A stretch of 64,000 bases of DNA, from NCBI GenBank assembly GCA_951406725.2, contig OX597814.1:87978001-88042000 (forward strand). Reading direction: 5' to 3'. A program made the translations under genes and the position numbers. Origin of the DNA: Octopus vulgaris. Lineage: Eukaryota. Numbering within the stretch: position 1 is the stretch's first letter; each line of letters opens with the position of its first letter. Under the pieces are notes generated by a model. It was not told the DNA's origin. It saw only the letters and a program-made list of their open reading frames with translations, and searched no databases. This document shows positions 14,001 to 29,000 of this stretch, in pieces.

Positions 14001-17000
14001 TTCATTTCTCTAATCAGTCAGTTACACTATGAATTTTATATTGCCAAATTTTTCTCTAAAAACTTCGTCTTAAAATAATTGTATGTTGAAATCTTGAGAC
14101 AAAATGCATAACAAAAAATACAATGCTTTATTCAGTTAGGTAACTCAGTTGCAGAAGTATGTTCAAACATCAACAGTAGTTGTTTCATTTGAGATTACTA
14201 TGGAGCAAATCAGTTTACAGTCATTTGGATAAAGCCAACATTAGAATATCATTGTAATCACTGTAGGAGTATTTCTGAATTTTTTCACAATCTGGGATAG
14301 GCTTCACAATACTTTGACACTTATTAAAATACAGAAAAATAAACGGAAAATTAATGAAAGCAAACCTTTTTATTAATTAGATAGATTGACCTATTTTGTT
14401 AAATAGGTTATGAAATTAGTTACAATTGTCTGACTACCAGAAAAGTTGTGAGTATTTTATTTTAAAGCAAGCTGTCTATGATCAAGTTCTGGTTATTATT
14501 TGGTGTCTTTTTATTTTGCTTACATCAATTAGGCTCTTGGAAAATGTTCTCCAGCATGGCCCCAGCCTCTGGTTCAAACCAGTATAAGAATTAAAGAATA
14601 AATGCCAAAATATATCATTATTTTCTCCTCTAAAAGTGGATTTCACATTAACGAATTTTGGCTGTGATTAGCAGCTAGTATAGGGATAGGCTTTGCCATA
14701 TTAACTTGCCGTTTTTACTCTATATATTGAATGTTTTAGTTTAGTCCCAATAGAATCTCATTGCTTATAGACCATAATTGCTTCTACAGGATAAAGTAAA
14801 TATATTATGTTTAGAAATTAACTTTACTAGCAGTTATATATATATTTTTTAATGTTCACCAAGTATTATGTCATTATTACAAAATTTAAACTTGTATTTA
14901 GAGAGAGGTTTTATATTTTCAGTTTTGATATTTATGCCTTTCCCTGCAAAGAGTGGCTTCAGCTAAGAGCCAAAGTTGTCATGCTGTCTTATTTGATGTT
15001 TACTAGGGCTTGAACTAAACTACGGGCAAACCAGCTCAGTAGCTAAAGCATTTTACATTAAAATTTAAATATTTTCAGAGCTATAAGATATTTAAGAATT
15101 TAACCAGAAAGTTTTTTTTTAATCCTAATTTGGATGGATATTTGCATATTCTTTTGGTAAATGTCTCATTTACAACTGCTCTTTCAATTGCTGCTCTGTG
15201 AATTGTGAATAGGAATGAACCTAGCCTCACAGTTCAGAGAAATAAGAGTGGAACTTTTAAATTAAACATTTTGGAACATGTTAAGTAATTTACTTTGTAT
15301 GGGAGTATACCAAACAAAATTTGTATGGTTTTGTTGAGATAATTGACATTTCTCATTCACAGTAATTGTTTATATTGTAAAAGAAATATTTTGTATGTTA
15401 TAAATATATGTTGAAAATATGTTATAAATATATTTTCAAATAGGAATTAGAAGCAGTGCTAGTGTTATAAACATTTCCACAAATACTCAATGCATGTGCT
15501 TTGCTTGTTCACTGGCAGGCTGTTGCTTACTGCAGTGGGGATGACTCCCTGAAAGCACTGGGTGTTGAAACACTTGAAAGTCATAGACAGATGAGACAAC
15601 TTTCCCCAAATTCCATTCAGGAGTGATGGACATCAATGCTTTGCCATTTTTGTGGCTTATCACCATCAAGTACCTGAACTGAACTGGATGCAAACTGACT
15701 CACCTGTCCATGGCTATATACTAGTAGTGTAAAAGCTGTTTGCTGGTATGCCCTGATAATGCATATGTAAGAATAAATTCAAATATGAATTAGAAGTAGT
15801 GCCAGTGTCGAGAAATTTTCTCCATAACAAAATAGTGAATGACTTTCTTATGAGTTCAAATATGTCTCAAACATATGTGAACTGGTAACAAGTTTATATT
15901 TGTACACATCACTGCTCAGTGCTTCGCTTTCATATTTGTATGTTATCTCTACTTAGCAGAAGTTAAGAACAGGTTTGGATACCTACTACCATTATTGACT
16001 GGAATTTGACACAAGAAATTTTTAAAATTTTGCTTTTGGTAATGTGAGAAAGCTAATAGTTATAAAAAGCTGAGAGACATAACTTAATGGTTGTTATTGT
16101 TTAGCTCTTGTAAACAGTCTGAAAATAGATTCTGATATTAATTTAGCTGAATTAATACTGTGTAAAAGATAATCTATCATGATTAATAAGACTCTTTATT
16201 TTCTATTCTTTCTGTTTAGTGGGATATCTCATATGGGGATGATCCGAGCCATGGCAGAATCTGGAATACCTATTGATATTGTAGGAGGTACGAGCATTGG
16301 TTCCATAATGGGTGCCATTTGGGCTGAATCTCAAGATGTTACCAGATCAGTACAGAGAGCACGCGAATGGTCTAATGTAAGTAGTAGGAAATAGTTTGTG
16401 TCTCTTTTTATTTACTTATTTATTTACTTTATGTATGTGTGCATCATATTTGTTTACTGGAATGTATATTCCTCATCTAGTTTTAATATTCCTAAGTTTT
16501 TCAGTAATTTTCTTTTTCTGTCATCATTTGGCAGCGTTGTTAGAGAATTGTAAAAATTGTGGTAATTGTTTCAGCTTTCTACTCTCTAAGTTCAAATCCT
16601 GCCAAGATCAATTATGCCTTTCATCCTTTCAAGGTCAATAATAAAGTACCAGTCCTGTACTTGGGTTGAGTCTTCTCTATTTATATGTCTCTCTCTGAAA
16701 GAAATTAGCTGTGGTCAGATCTGGAGAGACTGGCTCCGCCAAGTCTAACAAAAGTACCCAAGATGCACCAGCTACCATGACAGCACCTCTTTAACTCTGC
16801 CAAGGAGTTAAAGGCCTAAAGAAATGTTTCAAATTTAGACATTTAAGTACTGTTTGTGTGATTGTTTTTAAAGCTGAATAGTTTTCCTAGTTGCTAATCA
16901 TTAAAAAAAAAAATGTCAATTTGGCAAAGTGAGGTAATCAAAATTATGTGCCTTATCCTGAAGCACAATTAAATGTCAGGCTCTAAAAGGAAAATTCAAC

Positions 17001-20000
17001 AGTGAATGAAGTAGGATTCAAAGTTACTGTTAAGGCTTTCTTTAGCCTTATTTCTTTTTAAATCAGTATTATTTCGAATTATTAAATATTTTTAAATGCT
17101 GGTATGAACTTTTAGAAGAGGTTGAAGATTTAGTATTTTGTCAAACCCCACTTCCTATTTCTATTCATTGGTATTCTAGAGAAAAGCATAAGAGACATAT
17201 TGTTTAATAATAATAATAATGAAATTATTGTATACAGTGCTCAGGTACTATATTGTGTAGTTTGTAATTCTTATTTATTAGACTTAAGTTTTTTGTTAGA
17301 TATGTCATCCATGTATGTGTATGTTGGAGTGTATGCTTATATATTTCTGCCTGTAAGAGTTCTAGTTGGGAAGGGTGTCAAACAAGGAGACAACATCTCT
17401 TCACCACATCTCAAAATGGTCATCAGAGACAGTGATCAGAAAGGTGGTGTTAGCTTTAACAGCAAGTTCCTAACACACCTCTGATTTGTATGCATTGTGC
17501 TTATTGCAGAAACCTCAGATCAAATGCTAACCATGCTAATAGAGCTGAACCCCAAGAATTCAGTAATAGGCCTCAAAATAAACCACCTAAAAACAAAATG
17601 CATGCCATCTACAAATATAGCATATAGTTAAAAGGTGGTGGGAAGCAATGAAATTGAAGGGATAAAGGAATACATCTACTTCAGACGAGCTGTAAATATA
17701 TCCTGAGACATGAAAGCTGACATTTCAGGTAGAATAAGAGCAGAGTGGAAGTTCTTTTGCTTTAATTAAAGATGTGCTCAAAACAATGCTGGACAAGGCT
17801 CTGCATGCCAATCTCTTTGATAGTACCATCTGATTGCCATTCTTATATGCAAGTGAGATGTAGGCTACAATGAAGAAGAAAGAATAGTGACTATCTGATA
17901 TAGAGTTGCAGTGGAAAGATCCATGTTAGAAATATCACTGTGGGAGCATGTCCAAAATGTGGTAATTTGAGAACAGTGTAAAATGAAATATAGGATCATG
18001 GAATATATAAAAAACATTAGGTTGGACATTTTGCAAAATTAACAAATAATAGGTGGACTTGTGCAGTTGTCAAGTGGTATCCAAGAGATCAGAAGACCTC
18101 TAAGACAATAGGAAAAGGAGATAATCAAGGAAAGAATGAAAGCATTGTGACCTGTGATGTTTATGAATATCTGGTCAAGGAAAAGAAAATTATACTTTAA
18201 AATTTAAGTTTTAACTCCACAAGAAGCACTATCATTTTTGTCAATTTCAGCTAGATTTTCTTGGAAAATTTTTGTTAGTAAATTGCTTCATAGTCTCTAA
18301 AGCTCTATCAATGATCCATTTACAATATTGAAATTAGAGGTTATATATTTTAGGGTCTAAATCTTTTGAGCAGTAAGCCTACAAAATTATTGGATTGCTC
18401 CCACTTGAAATACTAACTGAACACTTTTCCATCAATTATCTCTACATGTCTAGACAGAGCTAATTGGGATGGCACAATAATCGTAGTTTATATTTTATTT
18501 ATCACAATATCTCATTTTATATAGTTTTGTCTTTCTTTTTTAGCTTTCTCTATTCCTCTTCTATTTCCTATATATCTTTTTGAAACCTTTTAACAGGAAA
18601 TGACTTCGTTATGGAAGAAAGTTCTTGATCTTACCTATCCTGTTACGTCCATGTTCACAGGTAAGACCACTTAATACGAGTCATTTTATTTGTTGATGTT
18701 TTTTAAATAAAGTCTGACAGAAGCATGACTTGATGGTGAGGAAGGAATAGTTTACACGGGAAGAAAATTTAAGTTAAGAACCAATTAAAATTTTAAGATA
18801 CTCTCCAGGTATCTCTATGTATATACCTTAGTTTTCAGCATTTTTATACTTGTCATTACTGCTAATTAAAGTAATTAAAATAAGGTTCATATATATGCAA
18901 ACACTTTGTAAAATGCGAATTTTTGCACTACTATTGACTTTTTCATAATTCTATATCCCAACACTTTCTCAGGTAAATAATAAATGTAAAATATTAAACT
19001 TATTTCTAGTTGGTTTATTTACCTCACACCATCCATATATAAATTAAACAACCACAGAGACATCATACAACCTTGTCTTAACCCCACCTTCGCATCAAAT
19101 CACTCACTTATTTTGCTACCCATTTTATTTTACGTTTATTTTATTATAATTAATTCACTACATTACATACACTTCCCAGTGTAGATATAATATAGTTTCT
19201 TACTATTCTTTTGTAGGATGTGCCTTTAATAAAAGTTTGGAAAATGTATTTAAAGATCGTCAAATTGAAGATCTTTGGATACCCTACTTTTGTGTCACCA
19301 CTGACATTTGCTCTTCTTCAATGAGAGTACATACCACAGGTAAGGAAAACATTATTTGGTCTACTAATGTCTCTGAAATTAATGTGATACTTCATAATAC
19401 ATGCTCTCTTAACTTTAAACTTTATTTCAAGAAATAACTAGAATAACTAGATGATATATTACTGACTACAATTAAATGTAACTGCAGCCATTATTTATAA
19501 CTTAAACAAAATATACCTTAAATTTACAAGAATTTCAGCTTTTGTGGAGAAAAAAATCAATGCAGATTATGAAATCCAGTTTTGTTCTATTTGATTGCAT
19601 CAGCAACATCAATAGTTTAATGTCCATTTTTTTTATGCTGGCAGGTTTTATGAAAGCTTTTAGAAAAACTTTTATCTTTGATGCTCTTGAATTTGATATT
19701 AAGTTGACTTAAGAGGCAGAGCAGGCAAAATGCTTAGTGGCTTTTCATTCATCTTTACATTCTGAGTTCAAATTCTGCCAAGGCTGACTTTGCCTTTCAT
19801 CCTTTTGGGGTTGATAAGAAAAGTACCAGTGGAGCACTAGGGTTGAAGTAATCAACTTACCTCCACCCCTGAAATTGCTGGCCTTGTGCCAAAATTTGAA
19901 ACTAATATTAAGTTGACTTAGTTTAATGTGTTTGACTTTTGATGACATGGCCAGAATACAAACTTCACTATAGTTATTGCACTTGACATACAGGCAAGTC

Positions 20001-23000
20001 ACAATACTTGTTTCTCTCTGTCTAGATAAATGATGAATGAACACATTGGGTGATGTAGTCCTGTACTATGAACTCTTAAAGGATAGGATGGTACAACTAA
20101 AATACCTTTGATTGTATGCCTACTGGATTAAGGCTAACCTAATCCATAGTGTTGAATAATAATGGACAAAGAAATTTATATAACATAATCAAAAATGCTA
20201 ACTAGGTAAAAATAGATTTAAAACAAAGTAAAATATGCTAAATTGTCATTAGTCTTCGTTAGACCAGCTTTTCTATGTTGTTAAGTATCTTTATTTGTTT
20301 TAATGCATTCTACTTTCACTCTCTTTTATATTTACCTATCAGTCATTCATTTATCTTTTAAATTTTGATGTGAGAGATTGTTACATTTTCTACTTATAGG
20401 TTCTCTTTGGCGCTATGTTCGAGCCAGTATGTCTTTATCTGGATACCTTCCACCTCTTTGTGATCCAATTGATGGCCATCTATTATTAGATGGTGGATAT
20501 GTTAATAACCTTCCAGGTACGTGGCTTTCTATAAGCTTTTAATCCTTTAAAGTTTTCTGTAACTGAAGTATTTGATAAATTCTTAGTAAATTGGCTTAGA
20601 ATATACAAGGTATTATTAGTTTAACTGGAAAAGTTAAACTAATGGTTAAGAAGTTCACTTTGTAACCATATGCTTTTGGATTCAGTCTCAATGCATAACA
20701 GCGTGAGTAAGTGTCTTTTACTATAGCCTTGGACCAACCAGTGACTTATAAGTGAATTTGAGAGACAGAAATAGAAGGGAGCCCGTTGTATATATGTGAC
20801 GTGTGTGTATAAATGTGTATGAAAGTTATTTCACATTTGTCACAGCTTGAGCAAAACAATGATAATATTAAAATTCCTTGTTGATATTAGGAATGGTATT
20901 TTGTAATCTCTTACTTGAAAATGCAGGTAAGGGTTTACAACAGGAAGAATAGCCAGCTGTAAAATCCTGTCTCATATAATTCCTATTCTAACCCATGATA
21001 GCTTGGGAAAACTGATGTTAAAACAAATTTCAGTTCAACTTTGCACTTTATAGAATAGTTTCACTTATTTTTAGTGATATACTACTGATAGACACAAAAC
21101 CTAAAGGGGTCATAGAAAAAGTTTTTAAATGATGGTATTTGTTGCTAACATAGCAATTAGGAATTTCATTAGAATTTTAACTCCTTTGTAAATACCGCAT
21201 TCTTTGATGTCATCTTCTAGTTCTTAATATTTGGAATATTTATCATAATGAATATTATTAACAGATACTCTTACTGTAGTGATTCTGTACATGTTTTTGA
21301 ATATCATTACCTAAATTGAATAAATTAATCAAACTGTTATTGGATACTGTGTGAGTCTGTGTTCATTGTCTTGGGTGCTTGGATGGAGTGGTTTAGATTG
21401 TTGTATGTGTATCTATTGTAAACTGTCATCCTAGATAAGAGGAAAATAGTCTAGTTGTTTTTATTGATTTTGTCAGAAAGTAACAGCATATGATTATGAC
21501 TAATACATTTATTTTATTTTTAATTTTCTTGTTTTCTGCTTTTTTTTTTCCAGCTGATGTGATGCGTGCTAAAGGTGCTCAAACAATATTTGCTGTTGAT
21601 GTAGGCAGTCAAACTGAAGATGAACTCACAAATTATGGGGATGAACTCTCAGGTTGGTGGCTTCTCTGGAACCGCTGGAATCCATGGGCAAAAAATGTGA
21701 AGGTATGATTATATTTTCTTTGACTTATCCCCTCTCTATACTGGTATTTCCTATCAACTACACCTCCACCTTTGTTTCTCACTCACTACAGTCATCTCTA
21801 CTCCCATCTCTAATCATCTATTACTCTTGCCCTTCACTCTTGGGAAACTACTCCCTCTCACCCCTAATCCACTGTCTGTATCCTTAATTATATACATCTT
21901 GTATTTTGAGATGCTGTGGCACCACATCATCACCAACTCCACCTTCTTTCCGGCTACTTCCACCCACCCAGTAGCCATGTATCTCCTCTTTTGCAGGACA
22001 CTTGTGCTTTCCTTTCTATCATACTTTAGTCTTTCAATACCTGATATAAAACCAATGTCACCCACCTCAAATACTCCCAACTACTTAGTCAAGGGAGCTT
22101 TTTGTTTTCCTTGTTCCAGTCTTGCAAGTTACTTGGTAACCTCACTAGTGCTGGTAGCACAAAAAAAGCACTCAATAACACTGTAAGGTGGTTGGCATTA
22201 GGAAGGGCATCCAGCTGTAGAAACCATACCGAAGCTGACCTTGGAGCTTGATGTGGCCCTAGAGCTCACTGGATCCTGCAAAACTATCTAACTCATGCCA
22301 GCATGGAAAACAAACATTAAATGAGGATGATAAGAGGATTATATCTAAGCTCAATAAACCACCAAACTACATATCAATTTGTAATTCAGTTTTCTATCAT
22401 TGAGTTTCTCTTTTTTCTCTTTTGTTACATAAGTGTAATGTAGGTATTTCAAAATATCTCATGGAGTGAGTGTGGCCTGCATAGTTATGGGCTGCCCTTT
22501 TTTTGGAAAAGCATAGCACCTGATTAGCCATCCTGTCAAAGATATGGCAAAGTCATGGGATTGCAGCATGGTAGTTATGAAGAGCTCAACTAAACCAACT
22601 GTGCATCTTACGTGGATGCTGAGTGCAGGAATTCTAATAGATCAATGGCCAGGATCACCAAGCTCTATCAAGAGAACAGCGGCAATGCATCTATAGGGGC
22701 GGTACCCATGGCTGTGTAATCAGCTAATAAAAGATCCACTATGGATCAAACTCCTAATTCAAATTAATAATAATGAAACTGGATGTCATAGGAATCTGTA
22801 AAAGTGGCAGAGAGGTGGGGAACCCCACAGAAGTGTAGGTGTTTAATCCTTTAACCAAAAACAGTATACAACACCAAGGATTAGCTACAAAGTATTGACA
22901 CTCCAGCTGAAATTTTGACATTTTATTTGGTTAAAATTGATTATATGAGTATATAAAACCAAACCAAGGATTTAAAAAAATCCTTCCCCTTCAAGTGTTG

Positions 23001-26000
23001 AATGAATTTTGTTGCTGGTAGATTTCATGAATGGGTTGAGCTAAATGTTTAATGTTTGTGTTCATATTCCAGGTACCAGACATGAATGAAATCCAGTCTC
23101 GGCTAGCATATGTATCGTGTGTGAGACAACTTGAAATGGTGAAAAATAGTGACTACTGTGAATATGTGAGACCACCAATCGACAAATTCAAAACATTACA
23201 ATTCGGAAGCTTTGATGAAATATATGCAAGTTTATTTAATTATTTAAAAAAAATAATTCATTTTTATTTGAAAACATATTATTGTATCTAAATAGTGAGA
23301 AATCCCAAAAGGGTCTGTGGCATAACATTATTTGACAGGGTACTTAGCTTGGAGATAAGGTCTCTGTAGGTTAAGTCACTACTTCTCTGCATTGAGAGGT
23401 CACACAACAAACGTGATTAGAATGTCACAGGAAAGAATCATAAGACAAATTCTTCAAGCTTAACCAATTGGCAGGAGACCTAGGGGTATACGATGGTTGG
23501 GTAATCACCATACTCTCGGTTGGTCATGCTTGGGAATGAAAAAAATACATTAAAAGTATAAGGGATCAAATTATCGATAAAAAAGAAAACCCATAACTAT
23601 CTCACTAAGAAAATAAAGAAAATATAATGGTGTGGCATTAAGCAGCAGAAGATGGTGGGCGAGGGAATAACAGGTGGTCACACCTGAACAAATGGTGTGT
23701 TAAGCTATGCCTCATGGACATGATTGCAAAGGTGTTGCCACAAAAAATGGTCAGTGATACTTACTGCTGTAACCTGCCCACCTCACAGGGCTCTGTTTCA
23801 AAACAATCAAATCTGTTTCAAAACAAATATAAACCTCATTTTAGTTTCCATTCTTTTGATTTTGTATTTATTTTATAAACTGTTACTATATTACAAGAAT
23901 CATTAATTTTTACAACTATAATAAAACTGCAAGAAGGTCTCACATTTACAGAATTATTAGAGTTCTAATCTTTCTGTGACTTCTTTCATGGTATCTAGTA
24001 GTAGATAGCAGATGGTATTCAGTAGTAGATATTGTCCTATGATGGACTTGTCCCATGATGCACTTGTGTCCTGTTTAGGGCAGAGTGTTGTAATCTCAGT
24101 ATACCATGCAAACCAGATTAAGTGTTCAGATTGTAAATGTACATCTTTTGACTCTATGTAATATGATTGATAATAAAACAAAAGTATACATGACACTATA
24201 TGCAAGGTAGTATGGCTACACCACTGTGGATTTTTCCTTTTTTAAAAAATTTTTTTTAGAGTACAATTGTTTTTATTAACCTAGTTTTTACAGGAATCTT
24301 TAACTATAGTAGAAAATAACAATCACTTCAAATGTTATGTTATATGTCTGATTTTTTTCCTCTCTCTCTGAAATATTGTCTTGTAGGAAGTTGGTTACCA
24401 TCATGCTAAAACACTGTTCAGTGGCTGGATCAAAGGAGGAATTTTAGAAGATCTTTTCAAGGAAAAATCAGAAGAAAGAAAGTTCAAAAAGAAAGCATCG
24501 CCATTATTTGTAAGAATATCATTGAAAGATTTACTGTTTTTCTAATAGTTGCCATTTCTGTACATTTTTCTTAGCTTTGTATTGTGTGTGTATGTGTATA
24601 TTTACATACATACGCACACACATAATGTGAAGTTTATTGACTTGTTACAAAACTGGAATTAGCAAATTAGTAAAATATTTTGTGTGTAGTGTCTTTTGTT
24701 TTTTTTTTATCCTTTTGTTGAGATATTTGAATTACTATTTTAAACATACCAATAAATTAACACCCTAAACTTACTTGTCATTTTGACTGACTTGCTTTGT
24801 CTTCGTATTCTCCTCCTCACTGGTCTTCTACTAGTCTCTTTTTGTTTCCTTTCTTCTTAACAATTGATCTTAAATGTTGAAACTGAATATTAACATAATG
24901 TAGTCTTATATATCCATTCAGTGTTGACTATCAGAAATAAAGAGTACTCAATACCATAGTAGAGATCAATATTTTGTTCAAATCATTGCTTCTCCGAGTT
25001 TTGCCTGTGGATGTACAGGGTCTTCAGCTTGGAGGAATGGGCTATGACCATGGCCTTGGAAGACCCTCTGAGACCAGAGATATTGTTGCAGTTAATGTTC
25101 TTCTTGAATAACTACAAGTTCATGATTGTTGTAAGGAAAATTCAGAGGGAGGACAGTCTGAGAAGGAAGGATTGAAAAGAAGTGAGGAAGGGGAAAGAGA
25201 CAGTATGGGCAATGAAGAAATGTGAATGAATTTGGTAGGTCTGATAGAAGTGGCATGAGATCAACCACCTACAAGGAACAGAGGTTGTAGTAGTGATGGC
25301 AGAAGATACAAAATGAGGAAATAGCTTGTCTGTGGTCCAGGGGTTGTGAGCAAGTTCATGCCAATCAGTCAAGTGACCCAAGTGACCTTTTTTTTTTTTG
25401 CATGAGGTTCATGATGGTATTTACAACTGCTCAATTCTAAACACTAGTCCTGGCACTCTTGGTCTTCCAGAAGGACTGGGAGATGTGATGATTTGCTGCA
25501 CTTGATAAGATGCATCAAGCTAAGTAAAATCATTATCTTCAGCACATACAGGCTTGTCCTTCAGGTGCTGGTGCTACTTAAAAAGCACCCATGTTGGTGC
25601 TGCATTAATGCACCTATGCTGGTACTATGTAAATGCATCTGTGCCAGTGGCACATAAAAACATCCAGCACCTCTAAGTGGTTGGTGTTAGGAAGGGCATC
25701 CAGCTGTAGAAACCATGCTACAACAGACAGTTCGAGTCTGGACAGCTCCCTGCTAGCTAGCACCATGTCAAACTATCCTACCCATGCCAGCATGGAAAGA
25801 GGATGCTAAACTATTATAATGACGATGAAACATTTTTGAAACTTGTGTGGCTTTGTTGCTAGCTGTTTTGGTAATAGTGCAACTGCTACAGTTGATGTTG
25901 ATGTACACAATTGAATCACAAGAGCTTGAGGAAGTATAAATGTATGCTGGGTAACCGAGATATTATAGTGTTTGTAGTACAGTATAGTGTTGTTAATTTT

Positions 26001-29000
26001 GAAATTTTTATATTCTTGTGTCACCTATTTAAGATGTAAGCTTTTATTGAACATATACAAACCATTCACGCTGTGTCCATTGTATATTTATAAGTATGAG
26101 GTTTAGTGCTTTGTACAAGGTCCCTATTTAAAGGTAGTAAAGACTTTGAGTAATATTTGTTTGTTTTAGGAATGACATAGAAACCTCCTCATTATTGTTA
26201 TTATTTTGAAAGTCTTCTGTTGCTCTGTTTAAGATGTAACAGGTTAATTTGTTTTAATTAAATTACTGTAGTCAGTTAATTTCAGTGGTTTTGATTGACT
26301 GTGAGTCATCTGGCAGAATTTGCTTTACACCAGAAAACAGTTATGATATTCTATCCTACAGATTGGGCGGGATTCTTACTTTTTGGGTCAAATTCTTCCA
26401 ATCTTAGAATTCAAACCAATCAAATTCAGCTGCTATAAAAATAGTTATATGAATTAACCTTTTGGGGTTTTCTGAATACTTTTTTCATAGCAACTAATTA
26501 TACAGGAAATAATGTTTTTCTTAGTGTTGCTGTTTCATCCTTTTATATAAATACATCTTTGTGTTTAATACTAGCATTAGTATTATGATTGCGAAAGTGT
26601 TAAATCTGGTGTATTGTTCAGATAATTAGTATTACCTATTTGTTTATTGCATTCTTAAACATTAAAGTCTACATGATATCAGATATATGTAGTAATTACA
26701 CACCCTCCCACACACACACTATTTTTATTCTGAAATGTTTGTACTCTTTAGCAGGCTGATATGAGCCTTTTACAAGGCAGGAAGTAAAGTGGTGATCCTA
26801 AAATTACAGGCCAAGGATATGTATCTACTCCATTCCAACTCCTAGTAAGGTTATTGATGCTAATGCTTCAGCTAGCTATTATATATTCATATAATATATA
26901 CACACAAAAGTCCTTATTAGATCTTGTATTTTTGGATAAAACTATAAACCCTTTTCAGCTTTTTGCAGCTTTAAAAAAATCATATAACAATATGCACTTC
27001 TAAATCTTTTTATTCAATTTGTCAACAAGCAGATTTTGTTTTTTTAAATGTCTGACAAATATCTTGCATTTAACTATTTATGGGATACATAAAAATTGAT
27101 TTCTTTTCCTTGCATGAACATTCCTACCATAGCTTATTTCAGCTGTCAGTTATATTCCAGTTGGTATTGGTTAATAATGAGCATAACTTCTGTTTTATGA
27201 GTTTTTGAAAATCATTTAAGCTTGGGTAACTTATAAAACCATTTGAGCATGTTATTTGAACCATAGAGCTTGTTATGAAGAAATATTGTGAATATTTTCT
27301 TTCTATTCTCCAACAGAATATAAGTAAATGATTAGAAATTGGGTGATGGGGCAAACCGTTGATCATGTCAACCCTATTACTTGACAGGTACATGACTTCC
27401 AAGTCATCTTCTCTTGAGACATGAAGGGTTTTAGAGAGGTGGGAAAATGTTAGTTATGCTATCCTTTCTTATTCACTGTATAAATTGAAATAAGCTAACC
27501 ACAACTAGTAAATGAAATCTGGTCATAGAGTTGATTTACCAGAAACTTATTTACTCTAGAGTAATTGTAAATGTTTACTAAACCTCAAAAAGCTTCAAAG
27601 ATTAGTTTAGCTCCAGTTTTATGGTCTTAAAGCAGATAGTGATCGAATATACTTAATAAAGTATTTGTGTTAATCATAACATTTCCACATAATCTGATAG
27701 CTATTTCTGATAGATAGGTAAAAGATAAAGAATTAAGTGTACTCCAAAATCACAAGAAGCCTACAACTTTCAAAATGGCTAATGAAAGCTATATCCACTT
27801 AACTATTTCTCTACAACTATAAGTCTTCTGTGCACATTGTCTCTTTTATGTACCGATTCTGTGTGTCTTTAAACACCATCATTACCAAATTTAGCAATGT
27901 AAATTAGAAGTTAGGCTTTAGCTGTGTTCCTTGACTCCCACTTGGCAGCTATATTACTTATATTGTTAATGAAATTGAAAAGGATACAAATCTTATACCT
28001 CTTAGCATTGTTCCTTTATAAAGCTCCAATTTTACTGTTTGGTTTAGAATTGATCCTGGAGAATACATTGTTAAATTCTATTGTTCTGCATTCCAATTTT
28101 ACATTTTGCTTTAGCTTTTTTACAAAGTATATTTTCTTTCATATACACATATGATGTTATATTGTGTTATTCAGTGTCCAGTTTAATATTGGTTTGCTAC
28201 AGTTTATATTCTTATTAATCTACATTTATAATTCCTTATTTTCTGCTTTCACCATATGGCAATGGCCTTTATATTTCTTCATTGTATTATATCTTGATAT
28301 CCTTAGATTTGGTATGTGAAATGTATCTGAAGTTAATCATAAATCATTAGCCTTTTTTTTTTTTCCTTATTTGTGAAATATTTAGTTATAAAAATGGAAT
28401 GCATTCTACAAGAGGTACCTTATTTTCATAACTTTGAACTTTTATCATTGATTAAATAATTTTGTTCACTCTTATCCTGTCATCCAGTGAAAGAATGTCA
28501 GAATGAATGATTGTGGCAACAGAGAAAACACATTTATATTGAAGCAATGGCAAACAACAATCATTTATTTATCTTTACATCTGTTTTTAAATGAACCCAG
28601 TAATTATAATGTTCATTGAACTTTATGGATTTTTTTAGGGCAGGAACAATGTCCAAGATCTTTTCAGGCCTTCTTTGACACTGACCAGATTCTATAAAAA
28701 TAATTGTCTATTGTGTTTTATGAATTTATCACATTCCATTTGAATAGTTACACAAATGATCCACAATGGATAATACAGTAAAAAGCATTAAAGAGAAAAA
28801 TAGTGCTCTGTCTGTACTAGAGATTTTTTATTCAATTTTGCTCTATTCTTTTCTTAGCCATCAATGCCTACTGTGGCTAATTTCACTGATCTTGCTGAAT
28901 TGGTCAGCAAGATAGAAGATCATGCTGTTAACTATAGTTCTGAGAGTGAAGGTAAGTATATTATCTTTTATTTATATATAGTTTTACATGCATTTTTTTT

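Noticed and set aside
14930-15060. Two small stems ending in ACA-TTA as an H/ACA snoRNA
   Set aside because: No ANANNA hinge between the stems, and pairing is short enough to be chance.
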